Positions 27,189-39,887 of a DNA stretch of 64,000 nucleotides are shown here, one piece after another. The position numbers and the translations under genes are program-made. Each line of letters begins with the position of its first letter. The stretch's first letter is position 1. Below the pieces are notes generated by a model. That model did no database searches and was not told the origin of the DNA. It was given only the letters and a program-made list of their open reading frames with translations. The DNA lies in assembly GCA_951406725.2 (NCBI GenBank), contig OX597820.1, positions 103,974,001 through 104,038,000 on the forward strand. Reading direction: 5' to 3'. The stretch comes from Octopus vulgaris (taxonomy: Eukaryota).

Positions 27189-28818
27189 AATCTATCTATC
27201 TATATATCTATCTATCTATCATGTGTGTGTGTGTGCGTGTGTGTGTGTATGTATACATATATACTTGTATCCTTAAATCCTTAAAAATGTTTTAGCCCGA
27301 AGGCCGCGGCCATGCTGGGGCACTACCGCTGTATATATGTATATTATATCTTTCTTTTCCTGATTACACTTTTAAACTTTACTTCATTGGCTACCTACTC
27401 GTCATCTTTCACGTAGCGAGTCACCCATTAAATTTTAAGTAAGTCTTTATCCTGCAGAAGCTAATGCCCCAAATATGATTATTGTAGCATATTAATAACG
27501 GAGTCTAGCTTCTTTCTCCAAGAATCCAAATTTAGCCATACTTGATCTAGGTGGATTTGTCCATATCATATTCACCTAACAATAATAGATATAAAGCTGT
27601 AAGTAGTTGTAGCTTCAACCACTTGTCGATAAATGTGTTCTTTCTCCTGTATTCTTCGTGTTACATTGCCGGCATATGAGAATCAGTTTCTCGCATTGAG
27701 CACCTCTACGTATGTAGAAAGAGCCCGTTCTAATGTAGATCTAATGCTCCTTCATTGGAATTTCAGCAACATTAACAACATATATATATTTAAAATACTT
27801 TATTTATGGGTTAACCAGATTACCAATTGGTTTCATGTCGGGACGTATATCTCTCAATTGTTATCCATTGGTTTTATGAGACGTTGGTTCGTCTCAATCT
27901 TGGAAACGAACCAACGTCCCATGAAAATGCAAACCGCATTTCAATCTATGCACCCGTCTCCACATGTGTGCCATTTTTCTCGCAAATCCACCCTGCCGTT
28001 TGGCTGTGAACCTCAAGACAAGAAAGAATACAACGATCACCCATGTCCAATTTATATAATACTAACAGCAAAATCTGGTTTTACCCGGTCTGTTTGGATG
28101 ATATGGCTGTGATCGTTTTCAGTTAGGCATAATATATAACAGCTTTTCTCAACCTTATCATTTCGGATACCCTGTTTCGATTGAAGCCTCCAGCTGTATG
28201 AAAATTTCCTGACCCCACCCTATCAGAAAATAGCTTCTAAGCCACTGGTTGTTTTAATGGCGGAAGAAAGAGGGGAATTCCATTAGAAAAAGTTTTAATC
28301 GATTTTCTCGGTAAGTATAGGTGCTAGGGGAAAATACAAACCGCATTCCAATCTATGCACCCGTCTCCACATGTGTGCAATTTTTCATGCGAATCCACCC
28401 AGTCGTAGGATCGCGATTTCGATTCCCAGACTGGGCGTTGTGAGTGTTTATTGAGCGAAAACGCCTAAAGCTCCACGAGGTTCCGGCAGGGGCTGGTGGC
28501 GATCCCTGCTGTACTCTTTTACCACAACTTTCTCTCACTCTTTCTTCCTGCTTCTGAAAGGGCCATCCTTGTCACACTCTGTGTCACGCTGAATCTTCCC
28601 GAAAACTACGTTAAGAGTATATGTGTCTGTGGAGTGCTCAGCCGCTTCCCCGTTAATTTCACGACCGGGTTGTTCCGTTGATCGGATTACATGGAACCCG
28701 CGTCGTCGTAACCAACGGAGTGGCACGTATGTATGTATGTATGTATGTATGTATGTATGTATGTATGTATGTATGTATGTATGTATTATGCATGTATGCA
28801 TGTATGTATGTATGTATG

Positions 28819-28849
<31 letters not shown>

Positions 28850-28960
28850 TATGCATGTATGCATGTATGTATGTATGTATGTATATATTTATGTATGTAT
28901 GTATGTATGTATGTATGTATGTATGTATTATGCATGTATGCATGTATGTATGTATGTATG

Positions 28961-28994
<34 letters not shown>

Positions 28995-29171
28995 TGTATG
29001 TATGTTCGTGATTTTATCTTTCGAATTTCTAACTAGCGGAGCGTGTTTTCAGCATAAAAACAAGATTCTTTCACTGGACTTTAGACATTTAGACAAAACC
29101 AAAGAGGGTTCACTTGTATGTTTGAAAATATGTATGTATAAATGCATGCTTGTGTGTGTATAAGCATGTTT

Positions 29172-29226
<55 letters not shown>

Positions 29227-29230
<4 letters not shown>

Positions 29231-29929
29231 AGATAAGAAAATGGATAAATGCATCTAAATCAAATATCAATTACCAGATAATACTCAATCACATACTTTA
29301 TTAAACCACCACATAAGAGACTGTAGGGTTAAACATAAAAAAGCAGAACAAAACAGTGTACATAAAGGAATGTACATAAAAAAGTGTACATAAAAGGGTA
29401 ATGTATAATAAGTAGAATATATATAAAAAAGAGGATATAAATATAAGTAAATATAAATATAAGTATAGATTACATCTTACAGCTGTTTCGGCCATGTAGA
29501 TAAGTATGTCTCATTTTACCAATATTAGCCTTATTTATATTTACTTATATTTATATTCTCTTTTTTATATATATTCTACTTATTATACAACATTACTCTT
29601 TTATGTACACTTTTTTATGTACATTCCTTTATGTACACTGTTTTGTTCTGCTTTTTTATGTTTAACCCTACAGTCTCTTTTGTGATGGTTTAATAAAGTA
29701 TGTGATTGAGTATTATCTGGTAATTGATATTTGATTTAGATGTATTTCTCCATTTTCTTATCTTGTATTAGTAATTTGTGGTAAATCATTCTACCTTTGC
29801 CCAAATAATACAGTAAATGAATTGATTGCATCGCAATCCTTAACATTTATGTATTAACTTTGTTGGGTACTTCACTCGCAGTATATTGGATATATGTTAT
29901 CCCATGGAGGGTTGCATTTACAACCCCTA

Positions 29930-29932
<3 letters not shown>
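29227..29932. repeat. Fold-back pLTR-like element (~230 bp arms) with a half hammerhead near the centre
   Basis: Arms at about 29227-29458 and 29531-29768. The minus strand has GGCC-GAAA-CAGCTG-TA at about 29478-29494. TA flanks. Confidence 0.8.
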
Positions 29933-29986
<54 letters not shown>

Positions 29987-30861
29987 TGTTTACATATATA
30001 TATACACACACATACATAGGTATATAAATTATATATATATAAGTAAATTTTTCTTATAAAGTATGTTTTTAAGTATACTTCACAATATATGGACTGTAAT
30101 AAGATGTGCTGATTGCGAGCTAAATCGAAGGATAAGGGAAATTATAGAAGGAACACAACCAGGCAATCAATACAAATTCCAAAGCATAATTTTAAACACA
30201 CAACGAAATAAATATACATATAAATACATAAATCAGTAAACAAAATTACATGTAAAAACTATGCATCACGTACGTTGGGTTCAGGTACCGAATGGAGGAG
30301 TGACAAATAAAGGGATAAAAATTCGAGGTAAGGGTTTCAGAAAGGAATTGTTCGAATTGATTAAGAATTTGTCGTCTATACGAAACGTCGGACGAGAGTT
30401 CAAAATTTTAAAATTCAAGAGTAAATATGTAGATAAATAAGTACATAAAATAAATATATACAGATTCGGGTGAATTCGGGTAAAGGATATCATCTACGGC
30501 CGTTTCAGGTGTACAATAAATGTATAAATTGGGTTTTAAGTATTCCAGATACAGAAATATAATGCCCCCAACTCTACTATCAGTATAGGAAACCGAACCA
30601 AACCTTTCAATATATCAATGTATCCTCAAGCCATCCCTATTCAACTATTAATAGCATATTCTAATTAAACGACTATTTTACGTCCCTTAACACTTATAAG
30701 TCTGTTTTTCAAACACACAATAGTATTTTAGCATGATTTCATTAGTTAATATTTCCCCACAAGACCTCGGCGTCCTAATAAATTATTGCTTACATTATTT
30801 GAATATTTGAAAATACAGTCCTCATCTTACATATTTCGTTGCTCACCACCAGAAAGTAAAC

Positions 30862-30967
30862 ATCCGCCCTGATGATATCCGGCCATAATGTGGGGTTATT
30901 TTACATCTAACATCACTTGAATGGTGATGATCTGAACCTAATGACCGGATTGAAACATATGTAGGAT
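30862..30967 (+). ncRNA. Canonical-core type I hammerhead with long stem II
   Basis: CTGATGA at 30869, ATCCGG...CCGGAT enclosing ~70 nt, GAAA at 30952, palindromic CATATG, TA site. Confidence 0.8.
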
Positions 30968-31137
30968 TCTTTTAGGTTTATTTCTTTAGTTGATTTTGTT
31001 CCTTTAAATCTACAATCTGATATATATTACTCTTTTTCATCGTGATACAAATAAAATTAACTATATTTCTTCCCCATTTTCTTATATAATATATATATAT
31101 ATATAATCAAAATAAGCAACAGGATATCGAGAAGTAA

Positions 31138-31223
31138 TGCAGTACGACCGTTTCAAGCGACTCCATTTATTTGAATAATGCAATCATTACATCAATTTAA
31201 ATGCAGAGCTATCATCAGCTGCA
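31138..31223 (-). ncRNA. Canonical-core type I hammerhead with long stem II
   Basis: TGCAG-CTGATGA-TAGC...GCTT-GAAA-CGGTCG-TA-CTGCA, with a perfect 5 bp stem I. Confidence 0.85.
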
Positions 31224-31303
31224 CAAATAAATAGAATTTTAATCAGTCGGGGACATTAATATAGTTTTTTGGAAATATAATGCATGTGTGTGTAAGAGAG
31301 CGA

Positions 31304-31334
<31 letters not shown>

Positions 31335-31402
31335 CGCGCGTGCGCGTGCACACATATTTACGTATGTATGTAATTTTTTTAAAAATGAAAAGTAAGAGTT
31401 TG

Positions 31403-31445
31403 TCTCGCGACTCGAGTTTCACGCCAATGCGACCTTCAAGTGAGA
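31403..31445 (-). ncRNA. Minimal hammerhead with variant core
   Basis: TCTCAC-TTGAAGG-t-CGC/GCG-t-GAAA-CTCGAG-TC-GCGAGA, with TATAAAAA ~40 nt upstream. Confidence 0.65.
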
Positions 31446-31869
31446 ACTGTTACAACTCGATATTGTTGGTGTTTTTATATCCTTTAGTCTTGCCTGTGAT
31501 TCTGCATTACTTATTTTTTCGCGTTTATTGACTGAAGAACGTTTTTCTGGTCTCTAATTGATTATTATTTTTCTGATGTGGGGTTTGAATTTCTTGAAAT
31601 TGTAAGTGAGAGAGGACATCATTAATTTGTGTAAGCGTTTTCTCATGTGTGTGACCGTGTGTGTAGGGATTTAATTGTGCGTTTAGAAACGTTGTTCATG
31701 AAAAGGATATTTTAAAAAAACTTATAAAAATACAGTACAGACAACAGGCATCTGTTGTCTGTACTGTGGCTGAATTATACTATTCATCCGGGATATTAGA
31801 AATAAAAGCATACATATACTCATGTTTTGAGTTGTATTCTTCCTGTTTGTATTACTATACTCAATGTAG

Positions 31870-31989
<120 letters not shown>

Positions 31990-33084
31990 TTTGTGTTTGT
32001 GCGTGCGTCTGCAAGTGTGTTGTCAGATGTGGGTGTATTTATCTGAATTAAGTATCTGGACGGGATAAAAGTTAAGAAAGAAGTCGTAAAACTGAAAAAA
32101 AAATTTCAGTGTACTGGGTGTTGGTAATATTTTAACAATATTGTAGCTCTCTGGAAGACTCCATAGAGTCACATGCAACTAGCCCTGTACAAATATATCA
32201 CTTGTGAAGAACTATCTATTTTACTCAACATCTATACTGAATGTTATTAACTAAAATTGCGGCGAGCTAGTAGAATAGGTGGGACATCGGAATAAATATC
32301 TTGCGGTATTTTGAGTTTACATTATGAGTTTAAATCCTGCCGGAGACATCATCTTTCACCCTTTCGGCCTAGATAAAACTTTTAAAATACCAATCTAGTA
32401 CAGGGATTGGTGTAAGCAACTAGGGCAGGAATTTTCAGTTCATCATAAGGATGAATTGCAAAATGGGGTCAGAAAAATTTTTACTACTTTGTACAACGAC
32501 ATGTTTTGCATATCATTGTCTCAATAACAATGTCACCTCAGGGTTTGTTCGAATTTTTGTTTCGCTTCAAAGTTCATTTACTGCAATCACTTTTTAAACA
32601 TCCTTTTTTCGAGGTCAAAGTATAAGTGGGCACTCCACTGAAGTTACAGCTGTTTAGGAAATTCACTTGATAATTGTACAGATTATGCTAGATGATAGTA
32701 TTGCTCTGTCCGTGAAGTTGGAAAGACCCAATTTACTAAAAAATTTCCATTATAGTTCATTTTTTTCTCCTTCCGCTAACATGAAACAGGAAATAGCTTT
32801 ATATTAATGGAAATTTTCGGTTTTGTCACTCACATCCAAAATAACTGTGTTCATGATAGCAGTTCTGTTAGCTTTAAGATACGAAGTGTTAGTTAAAATC
32901 CTCGTATAAAAATAGTTTGATCTTGCCGTTAACAAGTAAATCATTTTGAAAAAGCTTGTGAAATTCACGATGAACAGTTCTATCTACATACCTCGACATT
33001 TATGGTACTCCATCTCAACAGATGAAACGAGTTTTGTATTAATCTTACAAGTTTTCTGCTGATATCAGAATCTTTTATCAACAA

Positions 33085-33600
33085 GAGTGGCTGTGTGATA
33101 AGTAGCTTGCTTACCAACCACATGGTTCCGGGTTCAATCCCACTGCGTGGCACCTTGGGCCACTTATTATAGTCCTTTGTTGTTATTATAGTGCATTGTT
33201 GTGCACTATAATAGTAATAATGTTCAAAACACATTATTACTATTTATTATTATTATTGTTTACAAACAATGCACAATACTTCAAGAGAAGTATTCTACTA
33301 TAGCCTCAGGCCGACCAGAGCCTAGTGAGTGGATTTGGTAGACGGAAACTGAAAGAAGCCCGTCGTATATATGTATATGTATGTGTGGTGGTGTGTGTGT
33401 CTGTATTTGTCACCCCAACAGTGTTTGACAACCGATGCCGGTGTGTTTACGTCCCCGTCACTTAGCAGTTCGGCAAAAGAGACCGATAGAATAAGTACTA
33501 GGCTTACAAAGAATAGGTCCTGGGGTCGATTTGCTCGACTAAAGGCGGTGTTCCAGCATGACCACAGTCAAATGACTGAAACAAGTAAAAGAAAAGAAAG
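33085..33600 (+). mobile_element. CORE-like tRNA-derived SINE interrupted by an AT-rich insert
   Basis: GTGGCACCTTGGGC core and GGTGTTCCAGCATG tail. Related pieces at about 15620, 42740, 51105 and 62525. Confidence 0.75.
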
Positions 33601-35084
33601 ATTTAAGAAATTGAAATGTTGAATTGAATGAGCTTAGAACCAAATTTATAAAACACACCAGCGAGACACAACAGTGAGACCCGATTGCAATATGTCTTTT
33701 TGAAAACTCCAGAATAATCAACAATGTGAAGTATTGAACTCGCGTCGTTTATCTATTTAACATTCATTAAGGTATCAAAAGCATCATCGTTTTTTTTTTT
33801 GGCGGTGAGGCTGGCAGAAACGTTAGCGCGCCGGGCGAAATGTGTAGCCGTATTTCGTCTGTCGTTACGTTGTGAGTTCAAATTCCGCTGAGGTCGACTC
33901 TGCCTTTCATCCTTTCGGGATCGATAAATTAAGTACCAGTTACGCACTAGGGTCGATGTAATCGACTTAATACCTATGTCTGTCCTTGATTGTCCCCTCT
34001 ATGTTTAGCCCCTTGAGGGTAATAAAGAAATAGGTTCTTAATGCTTCTTTTCAGTTGTGTGCGTCAGTTCTCTGTGAGTTGTTGATGGCGTTATGTGGAG
34101 ACGACTGAAAAAATTTTAAAGCACCTGGTACAGAAAACTCAAATAGAAAGAGTAGGTTTGCAAATCAATGATAATACGCCCCTCAACTATCTTTTATACA
34201 TGCTCATCTCTTAAATCTCGTACAAAACGTTTTAACCATTTTTACCCCAAGAACTGCAACCCTCTGGAATTCTTTCTTCACCCACAGTTTTACCGCAGAC
34301 ATTTACCTACAGATCTTCAAGTAGAACATCAACTGCACTAATATCAACAATCAGGGAAGGTCTTCCCTACCTGTTAATATTGCAGGTTTTGAATGCAAAT
34401 ATTGCTCGGTAAAGTAAAACAGCTGCATCATCATTCTTGTGAGGAAATCCTCTCAACTGAAAGGACTGCAATTATATATTTTTTCTTTGAGTGGTTCATC
34501 AAAAATTGATTTCAAATTTTGGCACAAGGCCAGCCAGTTCCGGGGAGGGGATGCGCCGATTACTTATTTTATCGATCCCGAAAGGATGAAAGGTAAAGTC
34601 GACCTTGGTGGAAATTGAACTCAGCGCGTGAAGACGGACGAAATGCCGCTGAGTATTTCGTCCGGCATGCTAGCAATTCTGCCAGCTCGCCACCCTACGC
34701 CCATCATAAGTGTATCAGTAGAATCCCACTCTTATAGGTCCTGTTCAAAGATCATGAGAACAAACATTTCATCCCTTGGATAACTTATAAGTTATAAAAA
34801 TATAGGAGAGTATTGTAGTTCTCTTGAAGTATTATGTATTGTTTGTAAACAATAATAATAATAAATAGTAATAATGTGTTTTGAACATTATTACTATTAT
34901 AGTGCACAACAATGTACCATAATATAACAACAATGGACTATAATAAGTGGTGTAATTTAATCATCCATTGTCTGATATAATATTTCGGAATTTTAAAATT
35001 CCTTCTTTAGATATCCCCAGGGATTGATCGAGTCAATGTTTCAAAGATGGGCTACAGCAAATATTCTGCTCATTACCATAGATT

Positions 35085-35358
35085 TGCTTGTCAGTTGTTT
35101 GACCGTAACCAGTTGACCATGCCCCTTAGTGGCTGATGATATGTGCATCTCTGACCACAGTAGTGGGGGAGCATCTTGCTTGTCAGTTGTTTGACCGTAA
35201 CCAGTTGACCATGCCCCTTAGTGGCTGACGATATGTGCATCTCTGACCACAGTAGTGGGGGAGCATCTTGCTTGTCAGTTGTTTGACCGTAACCAGTTGA
35301 CCATGCCCCTTAGTGGCTGACGATATGTGCATCTCTGACCACAGTAGTAGGAGAGCAT
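35085..35358. repeat. 92 bp tandem triplication
   Basis: Near-identical units start at 35085, 35177 and 35269. Confidence 0.9.
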
Positions 35359-35707
35359 CATAGCCGTGTGTTGAAAGGAACTCTTGGAGGTTTGGATAAT
35401 TCACCTTTGGAAACATGGGTATTTCGTTCAACATCCTTAGACAATCCTTATTCAAGGACCGTTTGAGCGGGATGGGCTACTCGACCAGAAGAAAATTCTA
35501 ACTGGGCCTCACCTGCAAGGTCATGCTCTGTTTATCTTGATGAGAAATTACCATGTCACGCACATATGGTCGTAATGCATTAGCCTGGTGTACCCTTATC
35601 AGACGGGTAGTCATGATGGGTATACTGGGCTTCGTATATTTTGCCCCAGTGTCACTTTGATGGCAACTACTGCTCTCTCAGCCAGTAATAATAATAGTAA
35701 TAATAAT

Positions 35708-35741
<34 letters not shown>

Positions 35742-35744
<3 letters not shown>

Positions 35745-35929
35745 TCGAAAAATACCTTTGGAATCAGAACCCAGGTTCGAAATTTCCCCAAGACACCTGA
35801 AGAAGGCTGGAGGGTATATCAGCCGAAACGTTGTGTTAACAACAAACAAGATGAGGACAAATATCTGTCGAATGTAAATAATGTAAATAATGTAAATAAT
35901 GTACATAATTCTTCATCTCTTAAATATAG
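35742..35929 (+). mobile_element. ~190 bp non-autonomous hammerhead element following an (AAT/AAC)n tract
   Basis: Other copies at about 45830-45975 (-) and 46161-46300 (+), each next to (AAT)n. Confidence 0.8.
35792..35837 (+). ncRNA. Minimal type I hammerhead with canonical core
   Basis: GACAC-CTGAAGA-a-GGCTG/CAGCC-GAAA-CG-TT-GTGTT, with palindromic AACGTT. Confidence 0.9.
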
Positions 35930-36776
35930 GAAAGGAATTTTTATATTCCGAAATATCATATCAGACTATGGATGATTTAATTACACCAGTTATTATAGTC
36001 CATTGTTGTTATTATAGTGAATTGTTATGCTATTCAAAACACATTATTACTATTTGTTATTATTGTTTATAAAACTATGTTTAAAACTGTTAATTTCTTG
36101 ATTTTCTTTGAACAGCAATATTCTACTACCCATAATGTCATATACTTTCCCTTGTTTTAGGTACAAAGCCTTAATGCTTCAGAAGAATATGATTAGTCAT
36201 CCTACCTAGGGTCCTTACCGACAAAACTAAAATCACGACTTACACCATGACTAGAAATTGAAACAACATTCCAGATTCTTTTTATCCGAAATAAACATCA
36301 TGTTATAATGGATTCGTTTCAACCGGATTCCACCCCAAACCTATAATTCAGTGATAAAGCAGGATGTTACGATGGTCATGTGTAGCAATTAAAGTTTCGA
36401 TAATTTCAGTATCAGGAATAGGAACTATTTTCCAAACAAAACTTATCCTAAAGTTTGTCTCGTGTTCCAGAGCAATTACTATTAGTCATTACAACATTAT
36501 TTACTTGCACCTGGCGCAAGGTCTAAATTGTGGTAACTAAAAATATAGCACTCGTGAATAAAGAATAAATACACATTTACAAACAATGACGTGGTAGTTT
36601 GTATAACGACATACGTAAACCTTTATCGGCTGCGTTTTCTCATTTCTAGAATTGGTCAAAAAGGAAAAGGAAAGTGAAGCCCAAATATCTAAAATTACCA
36701 GATAGGAGATGGTCACTGAGCTGACATTTTCTTAGGATTAACAACTTTACAACGCACATTTACAACATTTACATCT

Positions 36777-36820
36777 GGATTACTTTTCGATCGGTTCAAT
36801 ATCAGATCTTCATTAGATAC
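36777..36820 (-). ncRNA. Decayed hammerhead (G5A)
   Basis: CTAATGA-a-GATC/GATC-GAAA-AG-TA. Confidence 0.5.
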
Positions 36821-36848
36821 TGTATTTGATGGTATATAAAGTACGCTA

Positions 36849-37240
36849 AGGCGGCGAGCTGGTAGAAACGTTAGCACGCCGGGCGAAATGCCTAGCGGTA
36901 TTTTGTCTGCCGTTACGTTCTGGGTTCAAATTCCGCCGAGGTTGACTTTGCCTTTCATCCTTTCGGGGTCGATAAATTAAGTACCAGTTACGCACTGAGG
37001 TCGATGTAATCGACTTAATCCGTTTGTCTGTCTTTGTTTGTCCCCTCTCTGTGTATCCACTTGTGGGTAGTAAAGAAATAGGTATTTTGTCTGCCGTTAC
37101 GTTCTAAGTTCAAATTCCGCCGAGGTCGACTTTGCCTTTCATCCTTTCGGGGTCGGGGTCAATGTAAGCGACTTTATACCTTTGTCTGCCCTTGTTTGTC
37201 CCCTCTATGTTTAGCCCCTAGTGGGTAATAAAGAAATAGT
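36849..37240 (+). mobile_element. Meta-like SINE dimer with a 15 bp target-site duplication
   Basis: TATATAAAGTACGCT on both sides, with an internal junction at 37080/37081. Confidence 0.9.
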
Positions 37241-38602
37241 TATATAAAGTACGCTTTGGGTTGTTTGCCTGTTTTGTTTTTTGCTTTCGAATTTTTTTCC
37301 AGAAAAAAGTGTCACAAAAAAAATTAAAAAATCACCACGGGCCCGATATAAGAAACTTGGCCACCCTATAAGCTTTAATGCGCTAAACTTTTTTTCTTCT
37401 GAATATGTGCTACTAAAATTAGGATGTGTCTAATCTGCCTCTTTTAGGACATGGTTGGCAAAGCTCTTAAACAGTGTTTAACACCAGTTGCAATATGAAC
37501 AGTAGTCATAGATTTCAGTCGAGAAATTCTTCAGGTAACATACTGTAACATTTCAACATTCAACAGCATATCCGACAAAATGAACTCCTCTTTTCAAATA
37601 AACAAATAAGGTTGTATAAGGATTAAACAACTACTTGGTTGGCTAAGAGTAGTTTTGTTGTTCTTTGATACTCCAGGTTGAACACTTTTTTTTCATAAAC
37701 TTAAGTTTAGCAAATTCATTCAGGCAAATTTCTATTCCAATGGCTTTATCAAGAATTGCAGTAAACTTTGTTCACATGCTTACACTTGATACATGCTTAC
37801 ACTTGCAACTTTGCTTACATGTGACAGAACTGCTCATTCTGCCTTCAAGTTGTCACTTAAACTTGTACGCAATTACAATCCTTTGCGTAATATTCGTTTC
37901 AAATTTTGACACAAGACCAGAATGTTTGGAGCAGGGTAAGTCGGTTACCTCAACTCCAGTGCTCAAATGGTACTTATTTTATCGTTCCCTAAAGGACGAA
38001 AGACACAGTCGGCCGCGGTGGAATTTGAACTCAGAACGTAGAGACGGACGAAGTGCTGTTAAGCATTTTACCCGGCACAGTAACCATTCTGCAAACCTCG
38101 CTGCCTTTTCTTGTGTGTAAAATTAGCGAAGAATAAGGTGGTGAACGGGCAGAATCGTTAAGCATGCCTGGCAAAATGCTTAGCATTATTTCGTCTGTCT
38201 TTCCGTTCTGAGTTCAAATTCCGTTGACTTTGTCTTTCACAAAGCACTGAGGTCGATGCAATAGACTAAATCCCTCACCTAAACTGTTGGCCTTGTGCCA
38301 AAATTTAAAACTAATATTAGCAAAGAATCTGGAAAGGCAGTCGTTGTTTGTACCGTAGTCCAAGCTAAAAGTAATCGATGCACAATGTCTTACAGATTAA
38401 TATTTGGAACTCCCAATCACACTTTATAAAATTTCAAAGGTAACGCTAGCGTTACTGGTGGAATTACAGTCTTACGCTCTAATAGTTTCATCTCAAAGAG
38501 TACACTTGGCCATTGATCTGAAAGCATTTCTCAAAGAATTGTGTGTTTTGGAGACAAGCGGAAAATCTTCATCTTTCTCCCACGTAAGGGTTGCGGTATT
38601 AA

Positions 38603-38784
38603 CTCTTTAGCATTCAGATTACTCTGTCAACTGTAATACATTTTTATTCACATTGTCTTAAATTCATCATGCACATTTTTAGCATGACATTGTAGAGTAG
38701 ATGTGGGAGACTGGATCTGGCTGGTTTGAACGTAAAATAGGTAGAACCTTTGGGCCGGACATGGCCGGTTCAAATGCAAAAAGG
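38603..38784. mobile_element. TTAA-flanked MITE (piggyBac-like)
   Basis: TTAA|CTCTTTAGCATT...AATGCAAAAAGG|TTAA. Confidence 0.7.
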
Positions 38785-38879
38785 TTAAAGATATATCAAC
38801 AACCCGGTTTGCAAAAGTTTTATTTCAGGTGGGGGCAAAGGTCAGCCATCAGTTGACACTGAGTATAGCAATGTAAATA

Positions 38880-39112
38880 CAGAGTGCGGCAGAAAGCTTG
38901 CTCCGATTTCAAAGGTTAATAAAAAAAATTTAAAAAAACACGGAGATACAAGAAAAAACGATGCCTCCACCTTAGGCCATGGTGAATACAACCTGAAACA
39001 AAAAAAAATGGCATTTAATGTACTTTATAGAAATGCAAAGGTTTTTCATACATCTTCATGGTTTTTTTTTTTATTAAACTTTGAAATCGGGCAGTTTTTC
39101 TGCCGCACCTTG
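38880..39112. mobile_element. Tc1/mariner-type MITE
   Basis: TA|CAGAGTGCGGCAGAAA...TTTCTGCCGCACCTTG|TA, with ~50 bp inverted ends. Confidence 0.85.
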
Positions 39113-39845
39113 TATTATGGAATAAACATCGACAACTCTCAAAAATGCTACCATTTGTCTTAGCCTCTCACGTAAGTCATAGTGGCTCTGTGTAAGTCAT
39201 AGTCTTAGCTTTTCACGTAAGTCTTAGTGGCATTTTGCATAATTGATCTCAATGCCCTACTGTCATTTAACAAATAGTAACCCAATCCATATTGTACAAA
39301 TCAGTTCACACTATTGTTGATGCTGCGAAGCTGCCAACTTTTCAACAGTTTCTCAAACTTCTTCAGTGTCTCTCTTTAAAATTTGCACTGAGGGTAAAAT
39401 CATCAATTTAGTTGCCTCGATATTTGGATGTACCAAAACTCTGTAAGAGGGTACTGAGCAATAAGACACGCTTTCATTAAAGTACCAAATCAAACCAAAA
39501 CGAAACCAAACCAAACTGAGCTCTCACTGAATAAAGCCATTCTTTTGGAATTGTTTTTGTTTCAAGAAAAGCATATCGATTTATGGAGATGTACTTGCGT
39601 AGCAGGTGACCTGGTCTGAGATCGTGTACTGGAACGAAAATAATTGCAGCGTGGAAGGTGTTTATAAGCCATTTAAGAAACACACAACAATCATGTCGAT
39701 TTAGAATTTCAAGAAAATATGTAAAGCAAGACTTAAAGATATCTTTTTCTTTAAATCACCAAAAATACAAATATGAATAAACACAATCTCAGTACCTACA
39801 CATGTCATAGAACCTGGAAAATTTAACCTTTGCTAGTGTGTGTGT

Positions 39846-39887
<42 letters not shown>

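Noticed and set aside
25780-28400. Local diverged duplications (25780-26040 vs 27340-27590; 27925-27990 vs 28335-28400)
   Set aside because: They are real but have no open frames or diagnostic ends, so I cannot classify them.
35085-35358. CRISPR-like array or tandem hammerheads (CTGATGA/CTGACGA in each unit)
   Set aside because: The units are wholly repeated with no unique spacers, and there is no GAAA box or stem II/III.
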